DNA of 64,000 nt. Origin: Terriglobia bacterium. Its GTDB lineage: Bacteria; Acidobacteriota; Terriglobia; 20CM-2-55-15. Positions 1-9,665 of this stretch are shown here, piece after piece. The DNA lies in the NCBI GenBank assembly GCA_965198225.1, contig CBDAOY010000007.1, forward strand, positions 862,045 to 926,044. Direction: 5' to 3'. Made by a program: the position numbers and the translations under genes. Under the pieces are notes generated by a model, which ran no database searches, was not told the origin of the DNA, and saw nothing but the letters and a program-made list of their open reading frames with translations. Position 1 is the first letter of the stretch. Each line of letters opens with the position of its first letter.

Positions 1-213
1 CTGCCAGCCCACCCACCAGGCCCGCTACCCCCTTGAGGGCCCCCCGGCGTGTCATCCTTGGCGTTGAGGTTTCGTTTCCGACGTCGCGGGGCGTCCGCTT
101 CGGGCTTCTCGCGATTTCACGCTCTTTCTTTTTCAAACTCATACTTGTACCTTTCCGACGTCAATCCTGTCGGATCATTTGTGCAAACGACACGCCGAGG
201 TCGCGTGCCGTGC

Positions 214-933
214 TCAGGCTTCGGGTGTGAACCCCAGCACAACGTCAAACCGTGCGGCCAGCTCGCCGACCCGCGAGCCGTGAAGGGGCGCGAAATCCAC
301 GGTCACGGCTTCCCGTGCCTTCGGGTCTCGAGTCCGATTCAGGACGCGGTCGTCCTTATTCCGCGGTTCGCCTTTGACGTACATCTGCGTGGTCCACTTG
401 TCGCGACCCTTCATCTTGATCGCGAAGTGGATATGACTCGTGCGGTTTCCGTATACCACGGGCCTGATGGTACGGAAATAGTATTCGCCCGTCGAGCCGG
501 TCAAGAAGCGGCCGAACCCCTGGAAGTTCTGGTCGCGCAGGTCGTGGTCGTTGCTGTCGGTGTGGAGGTAGACGCCATAGTTGTCCACTTGCCAGATCTC
601 GACCAGCGTGTTTCGGATGGGCTCCCCGGCGGCGGTCAGGATTCTGCCGCCCAGGTGCGTGATCTGACCCACCGCAGGGGTGATGCTGTCGTTAACGGTG
701 AGAAGGTCGTTGTCGGTGTCCAGCGGCAGGTGGTCGGGATAGAACGGCCCTTCGCCCTGGCTCGGCGTGAGCATGAGCTGTTCGGCGAGCAGGCCGGGAA
801 CGTTGAAGAGGCTGGATACGCTGAACCCCGTAACACCAAAGGCCATGCCGCGAATAAAACGACGGCGGCCCTCGAACAGGATGGCTTCCTGCATGGTTTG
901 CTCCTTTGATGGAAAGCGGAAAACGTTGGGCAT
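214..933 (-). CDS. Intradiol ring-cleavage dioxygenase (protocatechuate/catechol dioxygenase-like), Tat-secreted
   Basis: 239-aa ORF. The twin-arginine motif RRRFIRGMAFGVTG is near the N-terminus. The C-terminal region (GEPIRNTLVEIWQVDNYGVY..TSHIHF) resembles the intradiol dioxygenase core. Confidence 0.65.
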   Translation of the reverse strand: MPNVFRFPSKEQTMQEAILFEGRRRFIRGMAFGVTGFSVSSLFNVPGLLAEQLMLTPSQGEGPFYPDHLPLDTDNDLLTVNDSITPAVGQITHLGGRILTAAGEPIRNTLVEIWQVDNYGVYLHTDSNDHDLRDQNFQGFGRFLTGSTGEYYFRTIRPVVYGNRTSHIHFAIKMKGRDKWTTQMYVKGEPRNKDDRVLNRTRDPKAREAVTVDFAPLHGSRVGELAARFDVVLGFTPEA

Positions 934-1249
934 TTATACCACCGAGTGACGGGCGAATCAATTCGGCGCGAGGCGGCGTTGGATGCCACGGCTTGTGGCA
1001 CCGGCACCTGCTCCTTCTGTTTTTTCAAACCCTGAGGATCAGCGTGTGTGGTTTCCCTCGCGTTCGTCGCCTCCTACGTCGGCGTTCGAGGCGTGAGTCG
1101 ACACCTGCTCGGCCGGCCGCCGCCACGAGAATTCTGGGTTGTTCATCATCGAAGAGGCGCTCCTTCACGCCTGCGCGCGGCTCCATTCTTTTTTGATTTC
1201 GGCCTGAGCTGCTATAAGATCTGGCCGTAACTTCCTAGGACTCAATCTG

Positions 1250-2488
1250 ATGGTTACGGCCGCCATTCGTCCAACCCAACCCCAGGAGCGGATCGCGAGT
1301 CTCGATGTGTTGCGTGCGTTTGCGCTTCTTGGAATCCTCGTCGTGAACATGATGGATTTCGCGTATACGGGCAGCCTGGAAGCGCCTGCCCAGCGATGGC
1401 CGGCGTGGTGGGACCAGGCCGCGGTTGGAATAGTCTTCCCGTTGTTTGCCGGCAAGTTCAATTCACTGTTCTCTTTCCTGTTCGGGATTGGTTTCTTCAT
1501 TCAGCTCGACCGCCTCAGAGTGCGTGGCACCGCCGGCAACGTCATATACCTGCGCAGACTAGGGGTGTTGTTCCTATTGGGCGCGCTCCACGCTCTTTTT
1601 GTCTGGTGGGGGGACGTGCTCCATATGTACGCGATTCTGGGCGTCTTTCTACTCCTGATGAGGAGGGTGTCGAACAAGACTGTCTGGGTCGTGATGATCC
1701 TGTGCCTGCTCTACCCCGCGGTGCTCAGCGTTTATCAGTTCTACAAGAGCACCCCGGACGATATGGCGCGGCTACAGTCTCAATTCGTGCTGATGAGCGC
1801 GACGAATAACGAAGTCCTGACGCAGGGGAGCTACTGGGAAGCAACGCTCGCGCGCGTCGAGATGCAGCGGTTCCTGTACAGCGATTTGAGCTACTCTTTT
1901 GTGGGTTATCCGCTCTTCTTCACGACCATCCTCCTGGGTTTCTGGGTGGCTCGTGCAGGTTACGTGCGCGACACTGCCGCGCGCCGCGCCTTCCTCAAAA
2001 AGGTCCTGATCTGGTGCTTCGCGATTGGTCTGGCCTGCGGCATCACCATCGCCGTGGCTATTCGGTTTGTCGTTCCGTTCCAACTCTCACCGCTAAGCGT
2101 GCTGCTCGTCTCCATGTACTCGTTCGGCCGGCCCCCACTGATGTTGTCCTACGCGGTGATCCTGGTGCTGCTGTTCGACGCGGGACGATTGCGGCGGTTT
2201 TTCAGCTGGCTGACGTATGTGGGCCGCATGCCGTTGACGAACTACCTGATGCAATCGGTTGTCTGCACTCTGCTCTTCTACGGCTATGGTCTTGGTTTGA
2301 TCGACCAGGTCAATCCGGCGGCAGCTCTTCTGCTGAGCCTGGCGATTTGGGGACTCCAGATTCCTGTCAGCGTCCTCTGGTTACGCCGCTTCAGATTCGG
2401 CCCAATGGAGTGGCTGTGGCGAGCAGCAACCTACGGTACGACCACCGTGGCGGAGAAGCAGCCTCTGGCCGCAGGAGCGACGACCTGA
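1250..2488 (+). CDS. DUF418 (YeiB-like) family polytopic membrane protein
   Basis: 412 aa with multiple hydrophobic segments. A TNYLMQS-type motif near the C-terminus is typical of DUF418 proteins. Confidence 0.55.
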   Translation: MVTAAIRPTQPQERIASLDVLRAFALLGILVVNMMDFAYTGSLEAPAQRWPAWWDQAAVGIVFPLFAGKFNSLFSFLFGIGFFIQLDRLRVRGTAGNVIYLRRLGVLFLLGALHALFVWWGDVLHMYAILGVFLLLMRRVSNKTVWVVMILCLLYPAVLSVYQFYKSTPDDMARLQSQFVLMSATNNEVLTQGSYWEATLARVEMQRFLYSDLSYSFVGYPLFFTTILLGFWVARAGYVRDTAARRAFLKKVLIWCFAIGLACGITIAVAIRFVVPFQLSPLSVLLVSMYSFGRPPLMLSYAVILVLLFDAGRLRRFFSWLTYVGRMPLTNYLMQSVVCTLLFYGYGLGLIDQVNPAAALLLSLAIWGLQIPVSVLWLRRFRFGPMEWLWRAATYGTTTVAEKQPLAAGATT

Positions 2489-2514
2489 ATCGAGTCCACG
2501 ACTTTCCAGGTTAT

Positions 2515-5500
2515 TCAGTCGCCCGCATGTGCCGGCCCTGCCTCCGGCGTCCAGTCTTCGTCCCAGGCCGGCTGGGCCTTCCCGCCAAATTTCAGGTATA
2601 GCGCCGGAATCACGACCATGTTCAAGAATGTCGAGGTCAGCATGCCTCCAAGGATCACTGCGGCCATCGGCTGCTGAATCTCTTTACCTGGCGTACCTGC
2701 GCCGAGCGCCAGCGGAAGCAGGCCCACGCCGGTGACCAGTGCTGTCATCAGAATTGGACTGAGCCGCTCCATCGATCCCTGAACGATGGCGTCCCGTAGA
2801 GTAGTTCCTTCCTCGATCAGGTGGTGATAGTGCGTCACGAGCATGATCCCGTTGCGCGTCGCGATGCCGAAGAGCGTAATGAATCCCACCAGGGAAGCCA
2901 CCGACAGCGTTCCGCCCGAAAGGAACACGATGAACACGCCCCCGATCAACGCCAGAGGCAGGTTCGCCATCACGAGCAGCGAAGCGCGCACGGACTTGAG
3001 CGCGATGTACAGCAGGAGGAAGATGCCGCCTACCGCCAGTAGGGACAGCCAGAAGATCCGACCCGAGGCCTCTTCTTGAGCCTCGAACTGACCTCCGTAC
3101 TGGACGAAGTACCCCTCGGGAAGTGAAACTTTCCTGGCGATCGCTACCCTCACGTCGTCGATCACGCTGCCGAGATCTCGGCCCGCAACGTTCGCCTGGA
3201 CGATGATCCTTCGCTGTCCGTTCTCTCGATTGATCGTGTTCGGTCCCTGGTCGGAACGGACGTCGGCCACCTGGGCGATGGGAATCCGCACTCCCAGGGG
3301 AGTCTCGATCAAAGTTGCGCTGAGGGACTCCACCGACTCGCGGGCGGTCTCGTTCAGGCGCACGAGAAGGTCGTAGCTTCGCTGCTGTTCCAGAACCTGG
3401 CCGACGACGCGTCCGTTGAATGCCGTTTCGACGACCTCGGCGAGATGGCCGGCCGACAGCCCGACCGCGGAGGCGTTTGCCCGGTCGATGTTGATCTGGA
3501 CTTGCGGTACACCCACCTGGGGTTCGACCAGCAGGTCGACGACGCCTCCGACGTTTTCCATCGCCGCCCGGACTTCTTCAGCCTTGTTGCGCAAAGTCGG
3601 AAGGTCCGGCCCGAAGACCTTGATCGCGATCTGTGCGCGGGTACCCGACAGCAGATGGTCGATCCGGTGAGAGATAGGCTGCCCGACTTCAGCCGCCGCT
3701 CCGGGTATCTGCGCCAGCGTCTGACGGACTTCATCCATAATTTCGAACTGGCTGCGATCGGCGGTCCGTGTGACGACTTCCAGCTCGCTGGTGTTGACTC
3801 CGGCGGCATGCTCGTCCTGTTCGGCTCTCCCGGTTCGACGTGTCGTCGAGACGACTTCCGGTATCTCGTGGAGCTCCCTTTCGACGACGTTCCCGATTCG
3901 ATTGGACTCCTCGAGCGAGGTTCCTGGTGGCAGGTTCACATTGATGTTGAGGGCCCCCTCGTTGAAAGGCGGCAGGAACTCGCGTCCGGTCAGTGGGAGG
4001 AGACTGAGAGCGGTGAACAGCAGCAACGCCGAAAGCCCGATGATTTCGGAAGGATGGTCGAGAGTCCAACCCAAAACGCTTCGGTATCCCCGTTTCAGCC
4101 AGGAGACGAGGCGGGAGTCGCCTTGGGATTTCAGGAGTTGAGACCGTCCGAGGAGGAAGTAGCAGAGGACCGGCGTGACGGTCAACGCCACGAGCAACGA
4201 GGCGGCAATCGAAACGATGTAGGCAAAAGCGAGTGGCGCGAACATGCGTCCTTCGAAACCCGCCAGGGAGAACAGGGGAAGGAACACGAGGATGATGATG
4301 AGGGTTGCATAGAAAATGGAGTTTCTAATTTCGCTCGACGCCCGGAAGACCACGTTGGGCACTCCCAGCGGCTTGTCCGATAGCGCGTTCTGTTTCAATC
4401 TGCGGAAGACGTTTTCCACGTCGACAATGGAGTCGTCAACCAGTTCCCCGATCGCGATCGCCAATCCTCCAAGAGTCATCGTGTTGATGCTGATCCCGAA
4501 GTAGTTCATCGTCAGGATCGCTGTCAGCAGTGATAGCGGTATCGCTGTCAGGCTGATGAACGTCGTCCGGAAATTCCACAGGAAGAGGAACATGACGACG
4601 GTTACCATCACGCCGCCTTCAATCAGCGCCCGGCGGACGTTCCCAACGGCGCGTTCGATGAAATCGGCTTGTTGGAACGCTTCGGTATCGATGACCATGT
4701 CGGCTGGAAGGGTCGGTCGAAGCGCCACCAATGCCGCCTCGATCTCGCGGGTCAGGTCAAGCGTGTTGACGTTGGGTTGTTTCTGGATCGTGGCGACGAG
4801 GGCCGGCTGCGCGTTAAAGCTGCCGTCCCCTCTCTTGACGGCGGCGCCCAAGCCGACTTCGGCAACATGCCGGATCAGCACGCGTGTGCCTTCCCGGACT
4901 GTGATGACCGATGCGCTCAGATCCTCGATCGAATGAATCCTTCCCCGGCCCCGAATCAGGAATTCCTCGTTCGGTCTTTCCATGAAGCCGCCCGTGCTGA
5001 CGGCGTTTGCTTCGGCTACCGCCGCAGTGACTTCCTCGAGCGACAGGTCATAGTCGACGAGTCGAGTCGGATCGACGATCACCTGGTACTGTTTCAGGTC
5101 GCCCCCGATGATGGTGACCTGCGAGACGCCGGTGATCGAGAGCAGGCGGGGGCGTATGACCCAGTCGGCCAGCGAGCGGAGTTCCATCGCCGAGGTATTC
5201 CCCTCGGTGCGGATGGAAACCAGCATGATCTCGCCCATCGTCGACGAGATCGGCCCGAGCACTGGAGGTTCAATGTCGGTCGGGAGCCGGACCTGCTGGA
5301 GCTTCTCGGTAACGAGCTGCCGGGCGCGGTAGATGTCCATCCCGAGGTCGAATTCGACGAAGACCAGGGACAGACCAGCGGCCGAATTGGATCGGACGCG
5401 AAAGACGCCAGACGTTCCATTCAGGACGGACTCCAGCGGCACGGTTACCAGGGCCTCGACCTCTTCGGGCGCCAGTCCGTGTGCTTCGGTGAGCACGGTC

Positions 5501-5640
5501 ACGATAGGGGCGGTGAGATCGGGGAAAACGTCGATTGGCGTACGGGCGGCCACGATGCCCCCGTAGAGCAACAGCAAACTCGCGGCGACGAGAACCAGCA
5601 GCCGATTCTCCAGGGACCAACGAATGATTCTGTCAAGCAT
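2515..5640 (-). CDS. CusA/CzcA-family heavy-metal efflux RND permease
   Basis: 1041 aa, 12-TM RND architecture. The N-terminus MLDRIIRWSLENRLLVLV and overall similarity match the HME-RND (CzcA/CusA) family. Confidence 0.9.
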   Translation of the reverse strand: MLDRIIRWSLENRLLVLVAASLLLLYGGIVAARTPIDVFPDLTAPIVTVLTEAHGLAPEEVEALVTVPLESVLNGTSGVFRVRSNSAAGLSLVFVEFDLGMDIYRARQLVTEKLQQVRLPTDIEPPVLGPISSTMGEIMLVSIRTEGNTSAMELRSLADWVIRPRLLSITGVSQVTIIGGDLKQYQVIVDPTRLVDYDLSLEEVTAAVAEANAVSTGGFMERPNEEFLIRGRGRIHSIEDLSASVITVREGTRVLIRHVAEVGLGAAVKRGDGSFNAQPALVATIQKQPNVNTLDLTREIEAALVALRPTLPADMVIDTEAFQQADFIERAVGNVRRALIEGGVMVTVVMFLFLWNFRTTFISLTAIPLSLLTAILTMNYFGISINTMTLGGLAIAIGELVDDSIVDVENVFRRLKQNALSDKPLGVPNVVFRASSEIRNSIFYATLIIILVFLPLFSLAGFEGRMFAPLAFAYIVSIAASLLVALTVTPVLCYFLLGRSQLLKSQGDSRLVSWLKRGYRSVLGWTLDHPSEIIGLSALLLFTALSLLPLTGREFLPPFNEGALNINVNLPPGTSLEESNRIGNVVERELHEIPEVVSTTRRTGRAEQDEHAAGVNTSELEVVTRTADRSQFEIMDEVRQTLAQIPGAAAEVGQPISHRIDHLLSGTRAQIAIKVFGPDLPTLRNKAEEVRAAMENVGGVVDLLVEPQVGVPQVQINIDRANASAVGLSAGHLAEVVETAFNGRVVGQVLEQQRSYDLLVRLNETARESVESLSATLIETPLGVRIPIAQVADVRSDQGPNTINRENGQRRIIVQANVAGRDLGSVIDDVRVAIARKVSLPEGYFVQYGGQFEAQEEASGRIFWLSLLAVGGIFLLLYIALKSVRASLLVMANLPLALIGGVFIVFLSGGTLSVASLVGFITLFGIATRNGIMLVTHYHHLIEEGTTLRDAIVQGSMERLSPILMTALVTGVGLLPLALGAGTPGKEIQQPMAAVILGGMLTSTFLNMVVIPALYLKFGGKAQPAWDEDWTPEAGPAHAGD

Positions 5641-5662
5641 CAGGTCCCCGCTATTTCGCCAA

Positions 5663-5897
5663 ACCCGGATTGTTCACCGGTTGTCGTCGCGAAGCCCGCC
5701 GGGCCACTTCGTGGCCCGGTTTGATGCCGACGCCGGCAGGGCATCTTTTTTTTGGCATGGCCCTTGACGGGCCATGCTGAGCGCGCGCCGGGAGGGCGCC
5801 GGAGCCGTACTCGACAGTACGTTGAGGCGTCCGACCAAGGGCAACGCTGTAATGGCGGATGTATCCGGCGCTGCAGCAGACAACCGGTGAGCAATGC
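5663..5897. repeat. MITE-like element, family B copy 1, in the czcB-czcA intergenic spacer
   Basis: About 235 bp bounded by 22-bp imperfect terminal inverted repeats: CCCGGATTGTTCACCGGTTGTC and the reverse complement of AACCCGCATTGCTCACCGGTTGTC. Both termini (GGTTGTCTGCTGCAGCGCCGGATACA and GCTTCGCGACGACAACCGGTGAACAATCCGGG) are shared with the copy at 22375-22539. Confidence 0.6.
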
Positions 5898-5900
5898 GGG

Positions 5901-7169
5901 TTATACCTCATGGGAGTGTTCTCCCGGATCCGCCGGTTGCAGCTCCTGCAGCTTCAACTGGTAGGCTCCCTGTGTCACAACCCGGTCGCCCGGTTTGAGA
6001 CCCTCGAGAACAACCACCTCGTTTCCGTATCGGCCCTCGAGCGCAACGTGGCGACGCTCGAACTCTTCACCCGACAACAGGACGTAAACAATGTCCTGTC
6101 CTTCGTGTTCGAGTACCGCCTCGGCAGGAATCACGATGACCTCCCGCCGTGAGCCGGCATCGAGTCGCACGTTCGCCTGCATACCGATGCGGAGTCGGCC
6201 GTCCGGGTTGCGAACTTCGAAGGTGACCGTTGCGGTCCGGGTCACGTCGCCGATTCGAGCTCCGACATCCACTACCGCGCCCTCGAACTCAACGCCGGGA
6301 TAAGCCGCAGTCTCGAATACCGCTCTCCCCGCATCGAGGACCGTCGGAAGATCCTTCTCAAAGATTGGTGCCTCGACCCACACCGTCTCGAAGTTCACGA
6401 TCTCGAGAATAGGTTCTCCGGGCTGAACCAACTCACCGACGGACTTGTAGACCTCGGCGACTTTCCCCGCGATTGGGCCCGTCAGTACGCGACGGGCCGT
6501 CGTGGTTTCCGCGGCGAGCGCCGGAGTCGGAGCTTCCATGAGCGTTTCCAGCTGCTGGGCAAACGACTGCACGACTGTTTCGGCGGCCTCAAAGTCGGTT
6601 GCGGCGGCTTCGAGCTCCCGCTGTGCGATCACTTCGGCCTCGTGCAAACGTTTGGCCCGATCCAGTTCGCGGCGCGCGTGTTCCAGACGAATCTCCGCTT
6701 CGACGCGAGCCTGTTCCAGCGCGCGGCGTTCCGACTCGGTACGAGCGGCCTCGAGACGAAGCTGTACAACCTGGGCAGCTTCCGCCGCTGACGGGATCTG
6801 GCGCAGGGTCAATAACTCGCCGCCGCGTCGGACTTCCTGGCCGAGGAGCGGAAGTCCCTCTTCGCCGATCAAACCAGAAACCGAAGAAGAAACGACCGCG
6901 CGGTGATTCGCCGCAGGGATGATCCTTCCAACCGCTCGTACCTGAGGCGCCAGGTCTCGCAACTCCGCCTGGGCCAATTTCATCCGGATGAGCCACTGTT
7001 GCTCCATCAGGAATCGGACGGCTCCTGTCCGGCTCCGTTCCGCGGCAGGCTCCTCGATTGTGTCCGCGCGCTCTCTCGAATACAGCATCCCGATCAAGGC
7101 AACGATCGGCAGAGCCGCCAGCACGATCCACACCAGCCCCGAACGTCGTTTTGTGCCTTTGTCGGTCAT
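5901..7169 (-). CDS. Efflux RND periplasmic adaptor subunit (membrane fusion protein, CzcB/CusB-like)
   Basis: 422 aa with an N-terminal TM anchor, a coiled-coil hairpin region rich in E/A/R, and beta-barrel C-terminal domains. It lies immediately upstream of, and co-oriented with, the RND permease. Confidence 0.85.
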   Translation of the reverse strand: MTDKGTKRRSGLVWIVLAALPIVALIGMLYSRERADTIEEPAAERSRTGAVRFLMEQQWLIRMKLAQAELRDLAPQVRAVGRIIPAANHRAVVSSSVSGLIGEEGLPLLGQEVRRGGELLTLRQIPSAAEAAQVVQLRLEAARTESERRALEQARVEAEIRLEHARRELDRAKRLHEAEVIAQRELEAAATDFEAAETVVQSFAQQLETLMEAPTPALAAETTTARRVLTGPIAGKVAEVYKSVGELVQPGEPILEIVNFETVWVEAPIFEKDLPTVLDAGRAVFETAAYPGVEFEGAVVDVGARIGDVTRTATVTFEVRNPDGRLRIGMQANVRLDAGSRREVIVIPAEAVLEHEGQDIVYVLLSGEEFERRHVALEGRYGNEVVVLEGLKPGDRVVTQGAYQLKLQELQPADPGEHSHEV

Positions 7170-7194
7170 CCTTCAGCTTCCTCCATAACTGCCT

Positions 7195-7707
7195 CTATTG
7201 AACGGCGAAACCCGCCACAACCATCGTTTCGTACAGGTCTGAGTTGCGAACGCGAAACTCGATTTCGTAGGTCCCCGGGCGGGGCACCGCGAGTTCCGCA
7301 ACATAGATACCCGTAACCCTTCCGACCTGGGCCCTGGTCGATGCAACTTCTTCTCCGTTGGATGCTCGAACCGAGAGCTCGACTTCTGCCTGCGCGACCG
7401 GGGACCCATCGTCAAGGTCCGTGAGGTGGATGAGGAACGGGCTTGGCTCTGCGGACTGTAACGGCGAGTACTCAAAGAAGTTTTCGATGCGGTCCGTGAA
7501 TTCGGTCCGGGCCAGCGTCTCCTGATCGGCTTCTGCCTCCGGCACCGGCTCTGTTTCGGTGCAGCTCATGACAGAACCAAACAAGAGCAGCACGACGGAC
7601 AGGCGAACACAAGCGAGCCGGACACATATCAGGGATTCCACGGTTTTCCTTTTCTGAACTTTGATGAAGAATCCGAACCAGTGCGCGAGGGAGCACCGGC
7701 GGCGCAT
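7195..7707 (-). CDS. Hypothetical periplasmic lipoprotein (possibly a FixH/YtkA-like Ig-fold metal-related domain)
   Basis: A lipobox-like LLLFGSVMSC is followed by an acidic linker and a beta-rich domain (TYEIEFRVRN). It sits directly upstream of the adaptor gene. The start codon is uncertain. Confidence 0.4.
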   Translation of the reverse strand: MRRRCSLAHWFGFFIKVQKRKTVESLICVRLACVRLSVVLLLFGSVMSCTETEPVPEAEADQETLARTEFTDRIENFFEYSPLQSAEPSPFLIHLTDLDDGSPVAQAEVELSVRASNGEEVASTRAQVGRVTGIYVAELAVPRPGTYEIEFRVRNSDLYETMVVAGFAVQ

Positions 7708-7726
7708 CAGAACGATTGCGAGGTGA

Positions 7727-8116
7727 TCAGGCTGGTGGGGCTCTTGGGGGCAGGTCCGCCAGGGGAGGAGCCCGCGTTCGTTCGGAGCCTCTCAGCTCAT
7801 CCAGTCTTTCAACGACAGGTTCTGGCAAGAGGTCCGAGCAAGCGTCCACGGACCCCGCTGCAGGGGAAACCTTGCCTTCGGTGTACAGCAGGACATCGAC
7901 GTCGCGTTCCGCGTGATAGGGTGGGTCGAACGATGCCTCGTCGTGTGCCGAAGCTGCTCTAGACCGTGCAATAGGGAAGTGATTGTGCAACGTCGTCTGG
8001 TAGGTCCCCGTGTGTCCATGATCCTGAACGCTCTCAGGGTGCACGTGGGAAAATGGTCCCTGGAAAAGAGTCCAGAGCATCAGCATCAGCGGGACTGCGA
8101 GGAAAAAACGCCGCAT
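7727..8116 (-). CDS. Small secreted histidine-rich protein (putative metal-binding)
   Basis: 129 aa with signal peptide MRRFFLAVPLMLMLWTLFQG, followed by HVHPESVQDHGHTGTYQTTLHNH (His-rich). It heads the putative efflux gene string. Confidence 0.4.
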   Translation of the reverse strand: MRRFFLAVPLMLMLWTLFQGPFSHVHPESVQDHGHTGTYQTTLHNHFPIARSRAASAHDEASFDPPYHAERDVDVLLYTEGKVSPAAGSVDACSDLLPEPVVERLDELRGSERTRAPPLADLPPRAPPA

Positions 8117-8667
8117 GATCGAGGATTATCTGCCAGCGATCCGACGAATGTCAATCGGGGCTGCGCTTGGGTGTAGGGGCGAAGGGGCTTAACAGTCCGT
8201 GGTTTCGGTCGCAGCGTAGACGACCGGTTACAAACCGCGAGCGAAGACAGGAACCATTCGCGCCTGCTGACTCCTCTGTCGTTCAGCCAGATTGTCGACA
8301 GGCTCCGGATCTTACGCGGGTAGGCCGTTGCCGCTCAGTTCGTGTTGATGAAGGGCAGGTGGCCCTGTTGCGGCCGGATCGGAACTACCGTCCCACGAAC
8401 TGCGGAGATGGGTCAATAGCTCTTCGAGAAGCTCACGATTCAACGCATTCAGAACCTCTTGTCGGTTGAGAGTGAGCCAAACGGTTTCCCATTGCCGCTG
8501 GCTGAGCACCAAGCTGCCTTGCTTCGTCATGTCTGTTTCCCTCTTGCCTTGAGATTTGCCGAGGACCTTGGGATCTCCGGCCCGAACTCTTGTGTACTAG
8601 CTTGGAATCCGCCCGTAGAGTATAAGGACTGCTGGCGTCGCAAGCCCGCCAGAAGGACCTTAGAACC

Positions 8668-9225
8668 ATGGAACCCATCGCCAAGACCCTGGTCGTCATT
8701 CTGTTGATGGGTGCAGCGATTCTTGGGCCGGCTCCAGATACTCGAGCACAGGCAACGACAAACCTGGAGAAAGCAAAGCTTTGGGTCGAAGACTACGAAC
8801 ACCTGACGATTTTCGTCGAGAATGTTGGCAAGGAGGCTGACGACCTTGGTCTAACGAGGGACCGAATTCAAACAGAAACGGAACTCCGGCTTCGACAGGC
8901 CGGCATTAGTCCTTCTGATGCATTCGTGATCGACGGATTCGAAATCCCCCTACCATCGCAGGATGTAGTTGTTGGAAAGGACGTTGTCGACTATCACCTG
9001 AATGTTCAAATCCGCGTCGTGGGCACGTATTTCCGAGTCGCGGTCGCATTCAAACGGTTCGCCAGCTACGTCTTACCGGACGGTGAGTTTGCGCGGGGTT
9101 ACATGACCAGTTGGGAGAGAACGTCCTCCGGGGCCTTCGATGAAGGGGATAGCGACTCCGTGATCGACTCCCTGGATCAGGCGCTGGATACCTTTCTCGA
9201 TGAATACCTGAAAGCCAATCGATAG
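8668..9225 (+). CDS. Secreted hypothetical protein
   Basis: 185 aa with an N-terminal signal peptide (ILLMGAAILGPAPDTRAQA). No recognisable domain. Its stop codon overlaps the first inverted repeat of the MITE-A element. Confidence 0.5.
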   Translation: MEPIAKTLVVILLMGAAILGPAPDTRAQATTNLEKAKLWVEDYEHLTIFVENVGKEADDLGLTRDRIQTETELRLRQAGISPSDAFVIDGFEIPLPSQDVVVGKDVVDYHLNVQIRVVGTYFRVAVAFKRFASYVLPDGEFARGYMTSWERTSSGAFDEGDSDSVIDSLDQALDTFLDEYLKANR

Positions 9226-9665
9226 CACTGTTACAGGCCACTAGAACGGTGTTTCGGCGGACAATGGCGCCGTGTTTTCCGCCATGCCCGTCAAAGTCTT
9301 CCAATAGGGCTCTGTTTTTCAAGGAACGCCAGGCTCGAATGGCTCGTACAGATAGTGCAATTCAGAATGCCCTCCCAATTGTCAACTAGTGGCCTGTAAC
9401 AGTGCTATCGGTACCATCGCCGATGGGTCTTGCGGGCGAGGTCGAGGAGGGAGACGGAAAGCGATGCTCATTCATCGGTGACGGCTTCCGACAAAGAGAT
9501 CGCCCGCAACCCCCATCGGCCCGAAGGGTTCGGCGGAACGGCGCCGTCTTCGGTGTCGTAACGCCCTCGCAATGAAACAGCATTGGCTCGGGCGTCACTC
9601 CTAGAATCCGACGCCGTTCCGCCGAACGCTGGTACCGATAGCACTGTTACAGGTCACCAGAACCC
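9220..9665. repeat. Composite MITE-like element, family A (two back-to-back units sharing the motif CGATAGCACTGTTACAGG)
   Basis: The ~25-bp motif occurs at 9220-9245 (+), 9386-9410 (inverted) and 9636-9660 (+). The second unit (9391-9660) is an expanded version of the 150-bp copy at 20650-20800; the two share about 100 bp almost perfectly. Confidence 0.65.
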
